A DNA stretch of 63,444 nucleotides, counting the filler, from Cercozoa sp. M6MM (lineage: Eukaryota; Protista; Endomyxa: Ascetosporea): NCBI GenBank assembly GCA_040357565.1. It is 10 parts of 10 records of this genome, joined end to end, with 100 filler letters (N's around TTAATTAATTAA, not from the genome) between each part and the next. Parts side by side here need not be neighbours in the genome. Positions count along the whole stretch, not along the records: positions 22,318 to 27,331 come from JBDODJ010000992.1; positions 27,432 to 37,561 come from JBDODJ010000456.1; positions 37,662 to 44,204 come from JBDODJ010000722.1; 7 more parts are not named here. One strand, written 5' to 3'. A program made the position numbers and the translations under genes. Under the pieces are notes generated by a model. The model ran no database searches. It saw nothing but the letters and a program-made list of their open reading frames with translations, and had not been told where the DNA came from. Every line of letters starts with the position of its first letter. The first letter of the stretch is position 1. This document shows positions 26,459 to 37,732 of the stretch, piece after piece.

Positions 26459-27160
26459 AACAGCTCGAGCTCATGCCCAAATACCGCGAAAGTGCAATGA
26501 ATGCAATGCCAGAGGCAGCAACGACTACAAAAACGCGAAGTAAGCGAGTGCGCCGACTGCGCGGGTACCTGGGAAAATGCAGAAGACACTCTCGACACGT
26601 ACCACCGATTGCTGGAATGCAAGGTAACGGAAGCTGTCGTTGTCCTCCCGTCTCTCCACTCGATAACTAAACAAAACAGACAAACAGACATAGACTTAGG
26701 GCCACCACTGCTATGAGTGGTGGCCTATGAGTGGTAGCCTAGTCTATGTCGGGGACCCTCTCGGTCCAGTGCCTGCTGGGAGGCTGGTTGTCTTTCGACA
26801 GTTGCTTCCTCGTCCCAGGAGATCTTGGTGCCTTGGTGCATTCTGTTGAGTGTTGCTAGGTTCTCAGGGTTGGCCAGTATGTCTTCAATTGTGCGCCATT
26901 GAGCCGCATTGGTGTTGTTTCTGATGGGACGACCCGACGCCGCCTGCGACGCCTCTCTACTTGTAGCCCGCTACCTGCACCAACCATGAAGTCGACTTCG
27001 GTGTCTGGGGAACGTCAAAAGGGGAGTTGTATGGTCCTAGCCCTAAGCGAACGATAGACACGGCCATGTTCTTGTGACCCACCCCAGACTGGTGCAGGGG
27101 AACTACATAGTTGGTTTCCTACCTAGAAGACTCAACTAACCAACTAACAGCTCGAGCTCA
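26459..27160 (+). mobile_element. 5'-truncated non-LTR retrotransposon (LINE-like) remnant with a 15-bp candidate target-site duplication
   Basis: AACAGCTCGAGCTCA at 26459-26473 and 27146-27160; internal CADC-x14-H-x4-C (zf-RVT-like) peptide; short CAACTAAC tandem tail next to the right-hand copy. Confidence 0.65.
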
Positions 27161-27220
27161 GCACAGCGCAAGCACAGCGCTGGGACATTTTTTTCCTTAG
27201 TTAACATTTTTTTCCTTAGT

Positions 27221-27318
<98 letters not shown>

Positions 27319-27461
27319 ACACACACACACANNNNNNNNNNNNNNNNNNNNNNNNNNNNNNNNNNNNNNNNNNNNTTAATTAATTAANNNNNNNNNNNNN
27401 NNNNNNNNNNNNNNNNNNNNNNNNNNNNNNNCCTATTTACCCCCCCCCCCCCCCTGGCCCA

Positions 27462-28145
27462 GGCGAGTGTCCGCTGCCGCGCGCGCAGCGAGTGCTGACG
27501 AGTCTGGTGTTGTCGCACCTGAGTGCACTGACGGTGCACGGCAGCATTGATCCCAAGCAGCACACCGTCACTGATGATACTGATCGCGTCAGTGACGGTG
27601 ACACTGATATCAGCGATCACTTTCTGCAGTGGCTGCGACGACATCCCGATCAGTGCATGCACGTGGCCAATGCGACGCTGCAGAGGGTACACCCCCCTAC
27701 CCCCTACCCCCCTTTGCCCCCCCCCCCCCCCCAGGTACTAAGTGAGACACCGCAAACGTTCTGGCGGAGGCGTCGGTGCTTTGTGGTCGGTTTTGGGGGG
27801 GGGGNNNNNNNNNNNNNNNNNNNNNNNNNNNNNNNNNNNNNNNNNNNNNNNNNNNNNNNNNNNNNNNNNNNNNNNNNNNNNNNNNNNNNNNNNNNNNNNN
27901 NNNNGGCAGGCGACGCAGCGGCCGCACCTGCTGCGACTGTATCCACTGCTGTGTCTCTGCACACGTGTACGCGATCACGAGATCCAGGAGAGGGTACCCC
28001 CTACCTTTCTCCTTACCCCCTCCCTCTTATTACCCCCCTACAGGCGCAGCAACTGCTGCTGCTGGTCGGCACGGAACTCGGCGTCGTTCTCGACGTTTCC
28101 GACTCGCTCCAGCAGCAGCGACGCGGAAATAAGAGCGATAACTAG
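27462..28145 (+). CDS. 3' exons of a hypothetical protein
   Basis: GC-rich Leu-rich exons separated by C-rich introns, ending in TAG at 28143-28145. Confidence 0.5.
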   Translation, partial: GECPLPRAQRVLTSLVLSHLSALTVHGSIDPKQHTVTDDTDRVSDGDTDISDHFLQWLRRHPDQCMHVANATLQRVHPPTPYPPLPPPPPQVLSETPQTFWRRRRCFVVGFGGGXXXXXXXXXXXXXXXXXXXXXXXXXXXXXXXXXXAGDAAAAPAATVSTAVSLHTCTRSRDPGEGTPYLSPYPLPLITPLQAQQLLLLVGTELGVVLDVSDSLQQQRRGNKSDN

Positions 28146-28414
28146 AACCAAGTTGTTACACACACTCGACTGCCTGCACTAAACTCTGCAACTGACCTCT
28201 AGAGAGCCTGTTTTGATCGCTTTTTTCTTTGACCCACTCAGATCAGATCGCTTCTGGGCGTGAGCAAAAAGCAGCCTCTGCGCCCTGCAGAGTTTCCAGA
28301 GTATCACAGTACCGTTGTGTACCTTAGGGCCGAGGTAAGCCTGTTTTATCGTGCTTTCTTGGTATCTTTCCTGGGGCTTTCATATTTCTTTCATTCCCAC
28401 ATACAGAATCAGGA

Positions 28415-28851
28415 ATGTCCGGCACCGACTTTGCCTCTGTGCTGAGTGAGATCAACACGCTGGCCGTGACGGTGGCGAACCACCCGGACCCGACGACGGA
28501 ACGTTCGATGGTGATCCTGAGGGACTTTGCCAACTGGGCCAAGACGCAGCTGTTGGAGGGATCCGACATCCGCGTGGACATCTCGCGGCAGCTCGCTCTG
28601 CATGCCCTGCGCTCGCTGTGCCGCAACGAGGCTCCGTGCTACGTTCAGGCCACCGACACGCTCAAGCAGGACATCGACGACATTTTCATGGACATCCTGG
28701 TCGAGCACACGTTAGTTTTCTTTGTTTTCTCGGTTGTATTTCTTTCCCGGCGGCTGCTTTGATTCTCTGTGCCCCTTTACCCCCCTGGTGCAGCGGCGCC
28801 AATGATGACGGCATCGACATTGACCTCGATGATCTCGGTCTTGACTTGTAG
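28415..28851 (+). CDS. Small acidic-tailed hypothetical protein (2 coding exons, probable 5'-UTR intron)
   Basis: MSGTDFASVL...DILVEH spliced to ...GANDDGIDIDLDDLGLDL*; strong GC3 codon bias. Confidence 0.7.
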
Positions 28852-29200
28852 ATTTGGACTTATGGATTTGAACTTCTAGAATTTAACTATCCAGCTTGTA
28901 AACGCACCCACAGTAGCTAAGTCAGTAGTATAGTCCGGTTACGGACGGAGTATTCAAGAGCACGGCACCCAAGTGCTGTCACGAAAAACGCTTCCGGAAC
29001 CGTTTAGATCGTATCGTATAGCTGGCTCGTATCGTATGGATGGTTTGTATCGTATGGCTGGTTCGTATCGTATCGTATGCACCAGTAGAGATTCAAATGA
29101 CCTTCGTTAACGTGCCGACAGTCACGTGACTGTTGCCGATGGCCCAGCGACAGGTTTTACCCAGGTTACTCTTCGCTTTGGGGGATCGCTTGCTAGCAAA

Positions 29201-29409
29201 CTCATCATTATTGAGTAATTATTCGTCATTATTGAGTAATTATTCATCATTATTGAGCAATACTCATCATTATTGAGTAATTACTCATTATTGTTGAGTA
29301 ATACTCATCATTATTGAGTAATTACTCATCATTATTGAGTAATTACTCATCATTATTGAGTAATTACTCATCATTATTGAGTAATTACTCATCATTATTG
29401 AGTAATTAT
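29201..29409. repeat. 21-bp tandem array (ACTCATCATTATTGAGTAATT, about 10 copies)
   Basis: Read directly from the sequence; the 3' copies are perfect and the 5' copies carry substitutions or 1-nt deletions. Confidence 0.95.
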
Positions 29410-29708
29410 GCAACCGGACACATTATCCACGCGATTGATCTGGGTTCAACTCGGACTCAAACGTAGCGGCTAGCTAGCAAACTCTGCTGGGAGCTAGTTC
29501 ACGCTCATTGGTATCGATCACCGTTAATATTCTCGCAGCCTCCTCCCCCCGGAGCTAGAGCCTCTAAGTTGCAACTCGAGTGATCACTTGTTGCTTAAAT
29601 AAATGTACATGCGCGTAAATGTAACATGATGTTTTATTCATAAAACTGATGGAACTCCAACTTGAGTCGAGTCTTGTGCAGGCACGGTAGTAACGGTTAA
29701 CGATCTAC

Positions 29709-30184
29709 ATGTATAATTTGCCGGCGGAAGAGGATCTGTACAAACAAATATACCTGCGAGTGTTTGTGCGGATCCACCACGATGCTGCGCGTAGCTTCCA
29801 AAACCACGGGAGGCGCTTGCTTCGGACCTGCAACGAGGACTTAGCTGATTTCTTACCGGGTCGTTTGCATGGTTTGCCGCCCAAAGTTGTCTCGATCAGC
29901 AATGTATCGATGCAGATTGACAGGGATCTAGTATCAAGCACATCTGATTTGAGATTAAAAGCACACAGTAGAATGCGTTGTACAAAAGTCCATGGCGCGG
30001 ACGCGTGCTGCTGCCTCACATTGCCGGCGCACCAGTTGAACAGGACTGGTACCCGCTTCAAGACACGATGGACAAAGTGGAGTGCGACGGGATCGGCAGC
30101 GAATACTGCCACTTGAGCACGTTCTGTAATGTGTGCTGCAACGACTGCGCACACATACGCAGGCATGATAAACGCACAGATTAG
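29709..30184 (+). CDS. Hypothetical protein with Cys/His-rich C-terminus
   Basis: ORF starting 29709 (MYNLPAEEDL) can splice GT-AG into the 29978-30184 frame (CHLSTFCNVCCNDCAH). Confidence 0.35.
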
Positions 30185-30572
30185 GGTGCATTGGGCGGAC
30201 ATGCGGTGAACACGACGTGGCGGGGAGGTACCGTGTGCAACCTGAGGAGGGTCGTCCCAGCTCGATTGTACACAGGTTCATGAACCCATACAACGCCAGC
30301 TACTAACAGTGCGCACACGTAGCGAGTTATTTGAAGTTGGAACGCGTGCAAGTGCCACGCACGCGTTCTAACTTCAAAATAACCGCTACACGGCGATTTC
30401 TTGACTTCTTTCTGCCTGGGGCTGGCGGCCCAAAGCGCGGGAACTTCGGTCAACCGTCCACAGTGCATTTAGAGCGACTATAATCTTGAAATCAGCGTAA
30501 ATTACCCCTGTCATTTTCTCGAGGACGCGGTGTCGTTTTCTCGAGGCGGGGGTTGATTTGTAAGGAAAAGAA

Positions 30573-31334
30573 TTAAGTGGTATCAGTTGACTGTGCCGTG
30601 TGGCTGCTAGTACTGGTATCTGCCAGTGAGCTGGCACATTCGCACAGTCGTCGGTAGTGCCGCAGCGCGTGTCGGAGCAGCGCACGTGCCGACTTGGACA
30701 CGGCGACCTCACGTGCCACGACAGCATTGTTGGCGACAGTGTCGACGACTTCGTCGGAGTCGTCGCAGCTGTCGCAGCTGTCCGTGTCGCTGAAGTGTGC
30801 CACGTCGTGCATGTGCAGTCCAAAGCGCCGCATGCGACGACGCTTGCGACCTGCGTGTTGCTGCTCATACCGCTGCTGCGACGGCAGTTGCATGCGGAGA
30901 GCACGCTCGTTCTGTTCTTACACACACACTGGTATACCCTGATAGATAGCCTACTAAATACCCTGCTAACATACCCTGTTAACATCCCTTGTAACATAAC
31001 CTGATAACAGTAGTACCTCTGCACTCAAGTCCACGAACAGCAAGTCGTCGAACTGCGGCGGGAAACGCATCCACCGCACCGTGTCTGCCGAGGCTGGCGT
31101 CGTGTCTTCGCTCGCATTGTGCAGCACGGACGCACACACCAGGTTGTGCAGTCGGCGCGCCTCTGTCCTCGGTGCACCGAGTAATCGCAGTGTGATCTGC
31201 TCGAGCTCCCAGCGACTCAGCTCGCCGCGGAGAAACGCCGCCCAAGCGCGGTCGTAGTCGGTCGGCTCGCGTCCATTCCGACTGATCGTCTCTCTGATCT
31301 GTTTCACTACCCCACGCGCATCCACCGGAGCCAT
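30573..31334 (-). CDS. TADA1: SAGA complex subunit Tada1/Ada1-like
   Basis: DYDRAWAAFLRGELSRWELEQ...RRLHNLVCASVLHNA matches the SAGA-Tad1 N-terminal pattern; one intron. Confidence 0.7.
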
Positions 31335-31522
31335 ACGGTAGTAGCACACGCACACGCACAACTTAGCACTCTCACCGACCACTCAGGATGATCAGGGCGT
31401 AGCCAGCCGAGTCTAAGAAAAGCAAAAATGTCTCTTGTTTAAGGCGTGACGAGAAAAATAGCGCAACTGAAAGGTGCGTTTGGTGTGTTAGCACAGTAGT
31501 GCGCATATCAAACGAACCCAGG

Positions 31523-34071
31523 ATGGAACCCTCAGATGTGTTTGCGTATTTGAAAGAGGTGCGCCATGTCGATCCGGTACCTTTATTTAATTTTTGTTCT
31601 TGTACGTTCGGGGTTTCTGACAATTCCGCGCGGCGTGTGCAGAAACGCGTGCTGTCGCTGTATTCGGACGAGTGGGCCACGCTGGCCGTGTTCCGCGCGC
31701 TGAGTCCGCTGGCCAAGTCAGTGGTGATGCGACTCGTGACGGTGTCGCAGCCGCTGACACCGGAGCACGTGCGCCAGTGGTTCCGCCACGACACCGACTT
31801 TGAGCAGGCACTCTTATTGTTATCGTTGTTTTTTGTTGTTTTTTTGTGTGTTTGTTGTTGTTTTTTGTGTGTTTGTTGTTGTTGTGTTGTTTTTGTCTTG
31901 TTGTTTTTTGTTGTTTTTTCATTTTGCTGTTTTGTATTTTGCTGTTTTTCTTTGTTGTTTTATATTTTGTTGTTTTTTGTTGTTGCTTATTTTGTTGTTG
32001 TTGTTTTTTTGTGTTTTTTCTTTGTTTTGTTGTTTTTAACGTTTGTTTTGTTTGTTTTTGTTGTTAACTTTATTGTGTTACTGTTTTTTGTGTTGTGTTT
32101 TCTTGTTGTTGCTGTTGTTTTGCTATATTTTTACGCCGTTGAATGCAGGCATTCGAACAGCTGCAAGAACTCGCGCTACTCCACAATCAAAACGGGTACT
32201 GTGACCGTTGTTTTACTTATACCATCGGCTTGACCTTGTACCACTCAGTATCGTTCTGACGCCGCAGTTTGGTGCGCAACTGGGACGGGTACGCTTGCTT
32301 TCTTCTGCAACAAAGGAAAGAGAGTCATGTGCGTGTGTGTGTTGGGTAGGCCTTGTGTCGACGTGGCGCACACCGAGTTCGACACCTGCGCGACCTCCAA
32401 CAAGGCACTGCACAGCGGGAGATTGATGCTGCTGCCACAGATAAATGGGACCTACTCGTTGAGACACTGCTGGTGCCTCTTTCTCTCTTTTTTCTAATGT
32501 CGCTTGTAGGTTGATTCACTAGGTTTGCAGGGTGAGAACCAAGAAGCAGAGAATATTCAGTTGCTTCGAGAGTTAGGTGCTGACTGTTCCGACTACTCCT
32601 GTCCAACTAGTGCAACTTGTCCGTAGGTTTTTTGGAGACGAAGACTGAGGCTCCGCGGTTGTTTCAAGTCTCCCATTCCAATCAGGTCGAAACTTCCGCC
32701 AGCAACGGCACTTTCGACAAGTCGGACAAGGCTTTCTCGTTTCTGTTTGCTCCAACGCGTGTTCAGGTGCCCTTCGCTTTTTCTTTTTTGCTCTGCTTTC
32801 TATTGTGCTCAATTCTAGGTCTGGAAGCTGCTCACGAGCATGTTCAAAGTGCTCCAGGATGATTGGGTACTGTTTCAAATAGCACACACAGCTTTAGCCG
32901 CTTTTAGATGAGAGTGCCTTTTGAGACAGGAAGCACATGACGCAGCGTTAAAGCTAGTGTTTCGACTGTCCATGTGCGATGCAGGGTATCAAATTCGACT
33001 TTCTTGTTTGCTTTCAGCTTTTCTGCATCTTGATGCATCCACGCGGACAGAACGTTGTTGAGTCAAAGTGAGTTGTCGCCTCACCAACTTAACTTTGCCA
33101 AACGACTCGAGCGAGTTGGAATTCTCGCCTTTTTTGACAGTGTACATTCGCCCTTTCTTCTCCATGTAAACTAGCTTTTTTGCGTGCAGGACATTACGCT
33201 GACTTCAGTAGGCGGCACTTTATGTGCAGGTAACTTAGTTTTAGCTTTTCTCACTTCTGCAATCAGTCTGGATTGAGCTCAAAGGTGAGGGACCGCGGAA
33301 GCAAGGGTATCTAATCGTGGAGACGACTTTCCGTGTGCTGTGCTACAGCAATTCACGCATCCACCGCGCCTTGCTTTCACTTTTCGCAAGAATAGGTACT
33401 CTCGCTGTCCGTTTCTTCACTTGCTTGTGCTATTTGTGTGCGTGTGTGTGTGCAGATGTACTTTTGCCCGGATTGACTGTCGCTAAGATTACCAAACGGT
33501 ATTTTAATGTTATTGCAAACTTCAAATTACTTTAAAGGATGTGTTTTGACCAGATCAATTCAACCGGCCTTGATGGCAGGTATCACGGCCGCTCAGATTG
33601 CACAGTTCCTGCGCACGCACTTGCACCCACGCCAACTCACGCGACTAGGTTAGTTTACTTTATTTCGCTCGTGTGTTTTGGTATTTTTGCTTTCCGCGCG
33701 CAGAAGAGCAAGAAGATGCAGTTGAAGAAACCGAAACTGTTGTGGTTGGCGGCGTTCCGAGCAATGTGGTACGTTCGCTTGCTTGCTGATTTGGTCAGCA
33801 ATGAATACACACTGAGCAGATCGACATGTTGCACCTATGGGAGCGCGAGCGCAATCGATTGCGAATGCAGCCGGCCTCGATGATCTCACAGTTCGCGAGC
33901 GAGCACGAGCTGAAGCAAGCGCTGCAGGTCATGCAAGGCGGAGTGTTGCACGTGCTGCGAGAGCCAGAGACCTCAGTCACCAGCACACGCGTCTACTGTA
34001 CGGCAGCAGCTCTCGAACGACTCAAGCACTGGCGCATCGCGCAGCGACAGAAACAGCAGCAGCAGCGCTGA
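31523..34071 (+). CDS. GTF2H4: TFIIH core subunit Tfb2/p52
   Basis: LAVFRALSPLAKSVVMRL, GYLIVETTFRVLCYSNS, GITAAQIAQFLRTHLHP and DMLHLWERERNRL; TGA stop. Confidence 0.93.
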
Positions 34072-34224
34072 GTTCAATGTCCTAATCGCGTCGGTGCGAC
34101 GTGATTTTTTTAATCTACTGTCGTGTACGCAAATTGAAGGGTTCTAACAAATGAAGCAAGTTTGAATTTACGTCAATTAATGCCGACTTGTCACGTCACG
34201 GCACGCCATTAATTAGTGATCGGA

Positions 34225-36093
34225 TCACAACTCCTGTTTGTCGCTATGGTCATTGTTACTCGTGCCAGCCCTGTTTCGGTTTTCCAGCAGAGCACGCAGG
34301 GCGTCGAGTGCCGCCAGGATCTCGTCGTCCTGCGAGGCGTCGACTTGCTCGGCAACATGCAGGAGGTGTTGCCGCCACTGATCGATCTGGTGCAGGAAGG
34401 CAGAGTCCAGCAGAGCGAGTCGCTTGTCCTCCAGCACAGTGAGAAACTCGGCAGCAGTCTGAGCGAGATCGGCGCACGCAAACACGGGCAGATACTGGCC
34501 GCACAGCAGTTGGAACTGCTCCAACGACAGTGGCAGCAACTGCTCGACACTGTCGATGTTGCGCAAAAGGTCGGCATCGGCCAGAGTCTTCAGCAGTCGC
34601 ACCACTGCCAGAAGCACGCGTTTCACGGCCGGATCGCCCTGGGACGGATCGCCCTGGGACGGATCGCCCTGAGACGGTTCTTTTTCGGACTCACGGTGCT
34701 GCAAACTGTCCTGCACGAAGAGTCGGACGCGCTGGGGCACAGTGCGTGTCACAAAGTCAGTCAGCTCGCCGAGATTCGGCAGCTCGGACAACTGGTCCAT
34801 GGCGAGCTCGCTCACTGTGTTCAGCAGTCGCAAATGACGGTGCCAGTGTGACACACTTGCCTAAAATACAGTTAGTTAAGGCTGTTAAAGTAAAGGCAGT
34901 GTGTTTTAGTTAGGGCAGTGTGTTTTAGTTAAGGCAGTGTTTTGGTTAAGGCAGTGTTCGTGGTCAAGAAAGCCCAAAGTTACCTGTTTCATCGATTCGA
35001 TAGCGTCGGCAATGACGCCTTGTTTGAGCGCCACTTGCGCAACGATGTCGTTGTTCGACGCAGCTCTCGACTGAGAGGACAGGTGAGAGGACAGGTTAGA
35101 GGACAGGTTAGAGGACCGGTGAGAGGACAGGTGAGAGGACAGGTTGAGAGGGCAGGTTGAGAGGGCAGGTGGTCAACAGGGTACAGGAAGGCCATGGGAG
35201 GTACAAAGTGTACCAGCACGAGTGCAGACAAGGCGCGCACACGATCGGGCGCGCAGGAGCGCAGCAGTGCGTCGAGAACGTTGATGCCTTGGAGACGCGC
35301 CATGTCGACGCCGTTGTCGACCTTGTCCACCAGTTCCGAGACCTGCTGGAGACGGCTCTCGATGAGACCGAGCGTTTCGTCGCTGCGGCAGAAGGCGCGC
35401 GACAGGTCGCCGAGTGGCGGCGCGTCGAACTCGGCGCTCCACTTGAACTGCTTCTGCACACTCGGGTGCTCCTCGCCTGCCCATGTGTTCATTCAGGGAG
35501 TGACAGGGTGACATGCACTAGATTTAGGCTACAGGATTAACAAGTTAAATTAAGAACACACAGAATAGGACAAGATTAAGGACACAAATTAGGGATACAG
35601 GATTAAGGACACAGGATTAGAGACACACAGGATTAAGGACACAGGATTAAGGACACAGGATTAAGGATACACAGGATTAAGGGGGCTAAGAGGCTACCAT
35701 CGCGAGTGAGCAGACCGGCGCCCTCTTCGCGTTTGCCGTGCTCGATCTTGGCATCGAAAGTCGGCACCTCCAGTTTCTCCTGAAAACAAAAAGTTTTTCT
35801 GGTATTTTTGTAGATTCGAAAAACGCTGATTTAACACAGTGACATACGCGGATTTGATTGAGAGCGTCGCGCATGATTTTGGAGTCGGGCGGCGGCGCCT
35901 GCGCGTCGAGCCAGTCAAACACCTCGCGCACCTCGCGCAGTCGCTCCGCGCTGATGCCTCGGAAACCCTCACTCACCGTGTCATTCGCTGTGCCACTGTC
36001 AGTGATCGTGACCACTTGATCGTCTACACTGTGATCGGCACTTGCCACGTGGGCGACACCCACGAGGGCACACAACACTGCCGCGCGTAACAT
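34225..36093 (-). CDS. Secreted or ER-targeted hypothetical protein
   Basis: Signal-peptide-like MLRAAVLCALVGVAHVASA; long GC-rich exons; QGDPS x3 repeat; C-terminus ...SDKQEL. Confidence 0.65.
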
Positions 36094-36338
36094 TGTTCCG
36101 CCACTTCACACTGACACCGCTGGCTTCACACTATGAACGAAAAACACAAAACAAAATCCGATAGAGCATACTGATACTCTATTTGTGCTCCAATGACGTC
36201 AGAAGAATTTTCTGTGGCTACATGGTTATTTCTGGTCAATTTGACGTACAAATGGACCTAAAAATAAAGTTCGCGTGTACAGCGGGCCTCACGAGGCGAA
36301 GCAGCACATTTGGTGCTCCGAGCTGCATTGTAGGAGCC

Positions 36339-37470
36339 ATGGCACCGTCAAAGTTTCGCAATGTCGACCTGGTCGAATCAAAGGTGCGACCCTTTCAAAA
36401 CGCTTGCACCGACCGGCAATAAAATTGCTCTTGACCACCAAACGCATTCCTAAAGTGGAACCTCTCCCTTTCTGCAGAATTCGTACCGTCAGTTGAAGGT
36501 GTCGGACCCGTCGTTGCACTCTCTGGGCGTGATCTGTACTGCTCTTTTCGACCAACTGAGTGATCCGAAGTCAAAGTTTGTGTAGCCAATGGCAAGTCGG
36601 TGGTGTTCGCCACGGGAGCTTCTACATCGGTATCACCTTTACCCCCTCCCCACACCCTTACCTCCTTGTTACCTCTTCCTTCGATCAGGGTCGCCTGGCC
36701 GTGATGCCAGTAGACACGTCTGAAGCGGCGAATGACAAGCCGCTTAGTGTGACAGCCGACAACAGCAACGTGACGGCCTTTGCATTCTCACGCGTCCGCG
36801 CGGACGTGCTGCTGACAGGTTCGCGGTGAGTTCTTTGTGTGACCTGAGTAGGTAGTATGGCAGTAGGTAGTAGTAGGTAATAAATGGTGTGCTGTGTGAC
36901 ACAGGGACGGCACATTGCGAGTGTTTGTGAATGACGGTTTCTGCCGCGGCAAACTCGCCGAGAACGTCGGCGTTTCTGACGCTGTGTGCGAGCGTATGTC
37001 CCGTTTGGTATTTGTGCGGATATCCGCGCGGAAGCAATCTTGTGCTGGCAGTGGGCAAGGAGCACAAGCTCGGCACGGTGCACGCCATCGTGAGTCATCC
37101 GTCGGCCGACGGAGTGTACGTCGTGTGCTCCAAGAAGGCGCTGTCACTGGTGCACGTGGACCTCACTGCCAACACGGTGTCGATCGGTACCAATTTATCC
37201 CTGTGACTGAGTGGCACGGTGTCTCCCGATTGATCCCATCATCTGTGTGCAGTCGGCTCACTCAAGGCACGTGGTCTCGGCAAGGACTTTGTCGATGCCG
37301 CCTTTGCGCCCGACGGTGCACGTGTCATGGCGGTCTGCAAGGACGGTGCGCGCGTGCTCTGCGATCCGCGCGGATTCGCAGAACATTCGGAGAATGCTTC
37401 GGGAAGCTTCCTGGAGGCTTCGGATGGCGCCAAGTTGCAGCGCGTCTTCTACCTGCCGTGTGGACGGGTG
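36339..37470 (+). CDS. Coronin-family WD40 protein, 3' truncated
   Basis: MAPSKFRNV start, GRLAVMPV, VTAFAFSRVRADVLLTGS-RDGTLRVF and CKDGARVLCDPR. Confidence 0.8.
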
Positions 37471-37732
37471 CATCTCCCCTAGCCCTAACCCCCCCCCCCC
37501 CCCCGTGGGGCGTCGCGCCGCGGGGGGGGGCGCCCGCGGCGGCGCGGGGGGGGGGGGGGCGNNNNNNNNNNNNNNNNNNNNNNNNNNNNNNNNNNNNNNN
37601 NNNNNTTAATTAATTAANNNNNNNNNNNNNNNNNNNNNNNNNNNNNNNNNNNNNNNNNNNNTTAACTAATACACACACCCTTAACTAATACACACACCCT
37701 TAACTAATCCCTTAATCACCTCCTTAATTGGT

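Noticed and set aside
29201-29409. CRISPR array
   Set aside because: The units are contiguous with no unique spacers, there are no cas genes, and the context is eukaryotic.
31808-32148. Long hydrophobic membrane-protein ORF (31499-32233) and similar Pro/Tyr/Leu- or HT/CV-repeat ORFs
   Set aside because: These are translations of intronic low-complexity repeats, not coding sequence.
3023-34071. Alternative genetic code or stop-codon reassignment
   Set aside because: TAA (SEC11, NACA), TAG (Psf3) and TGA (Tfb2) all terminate genes at expected positions, and apparent in-frame stops fall inside GT-AG introns.
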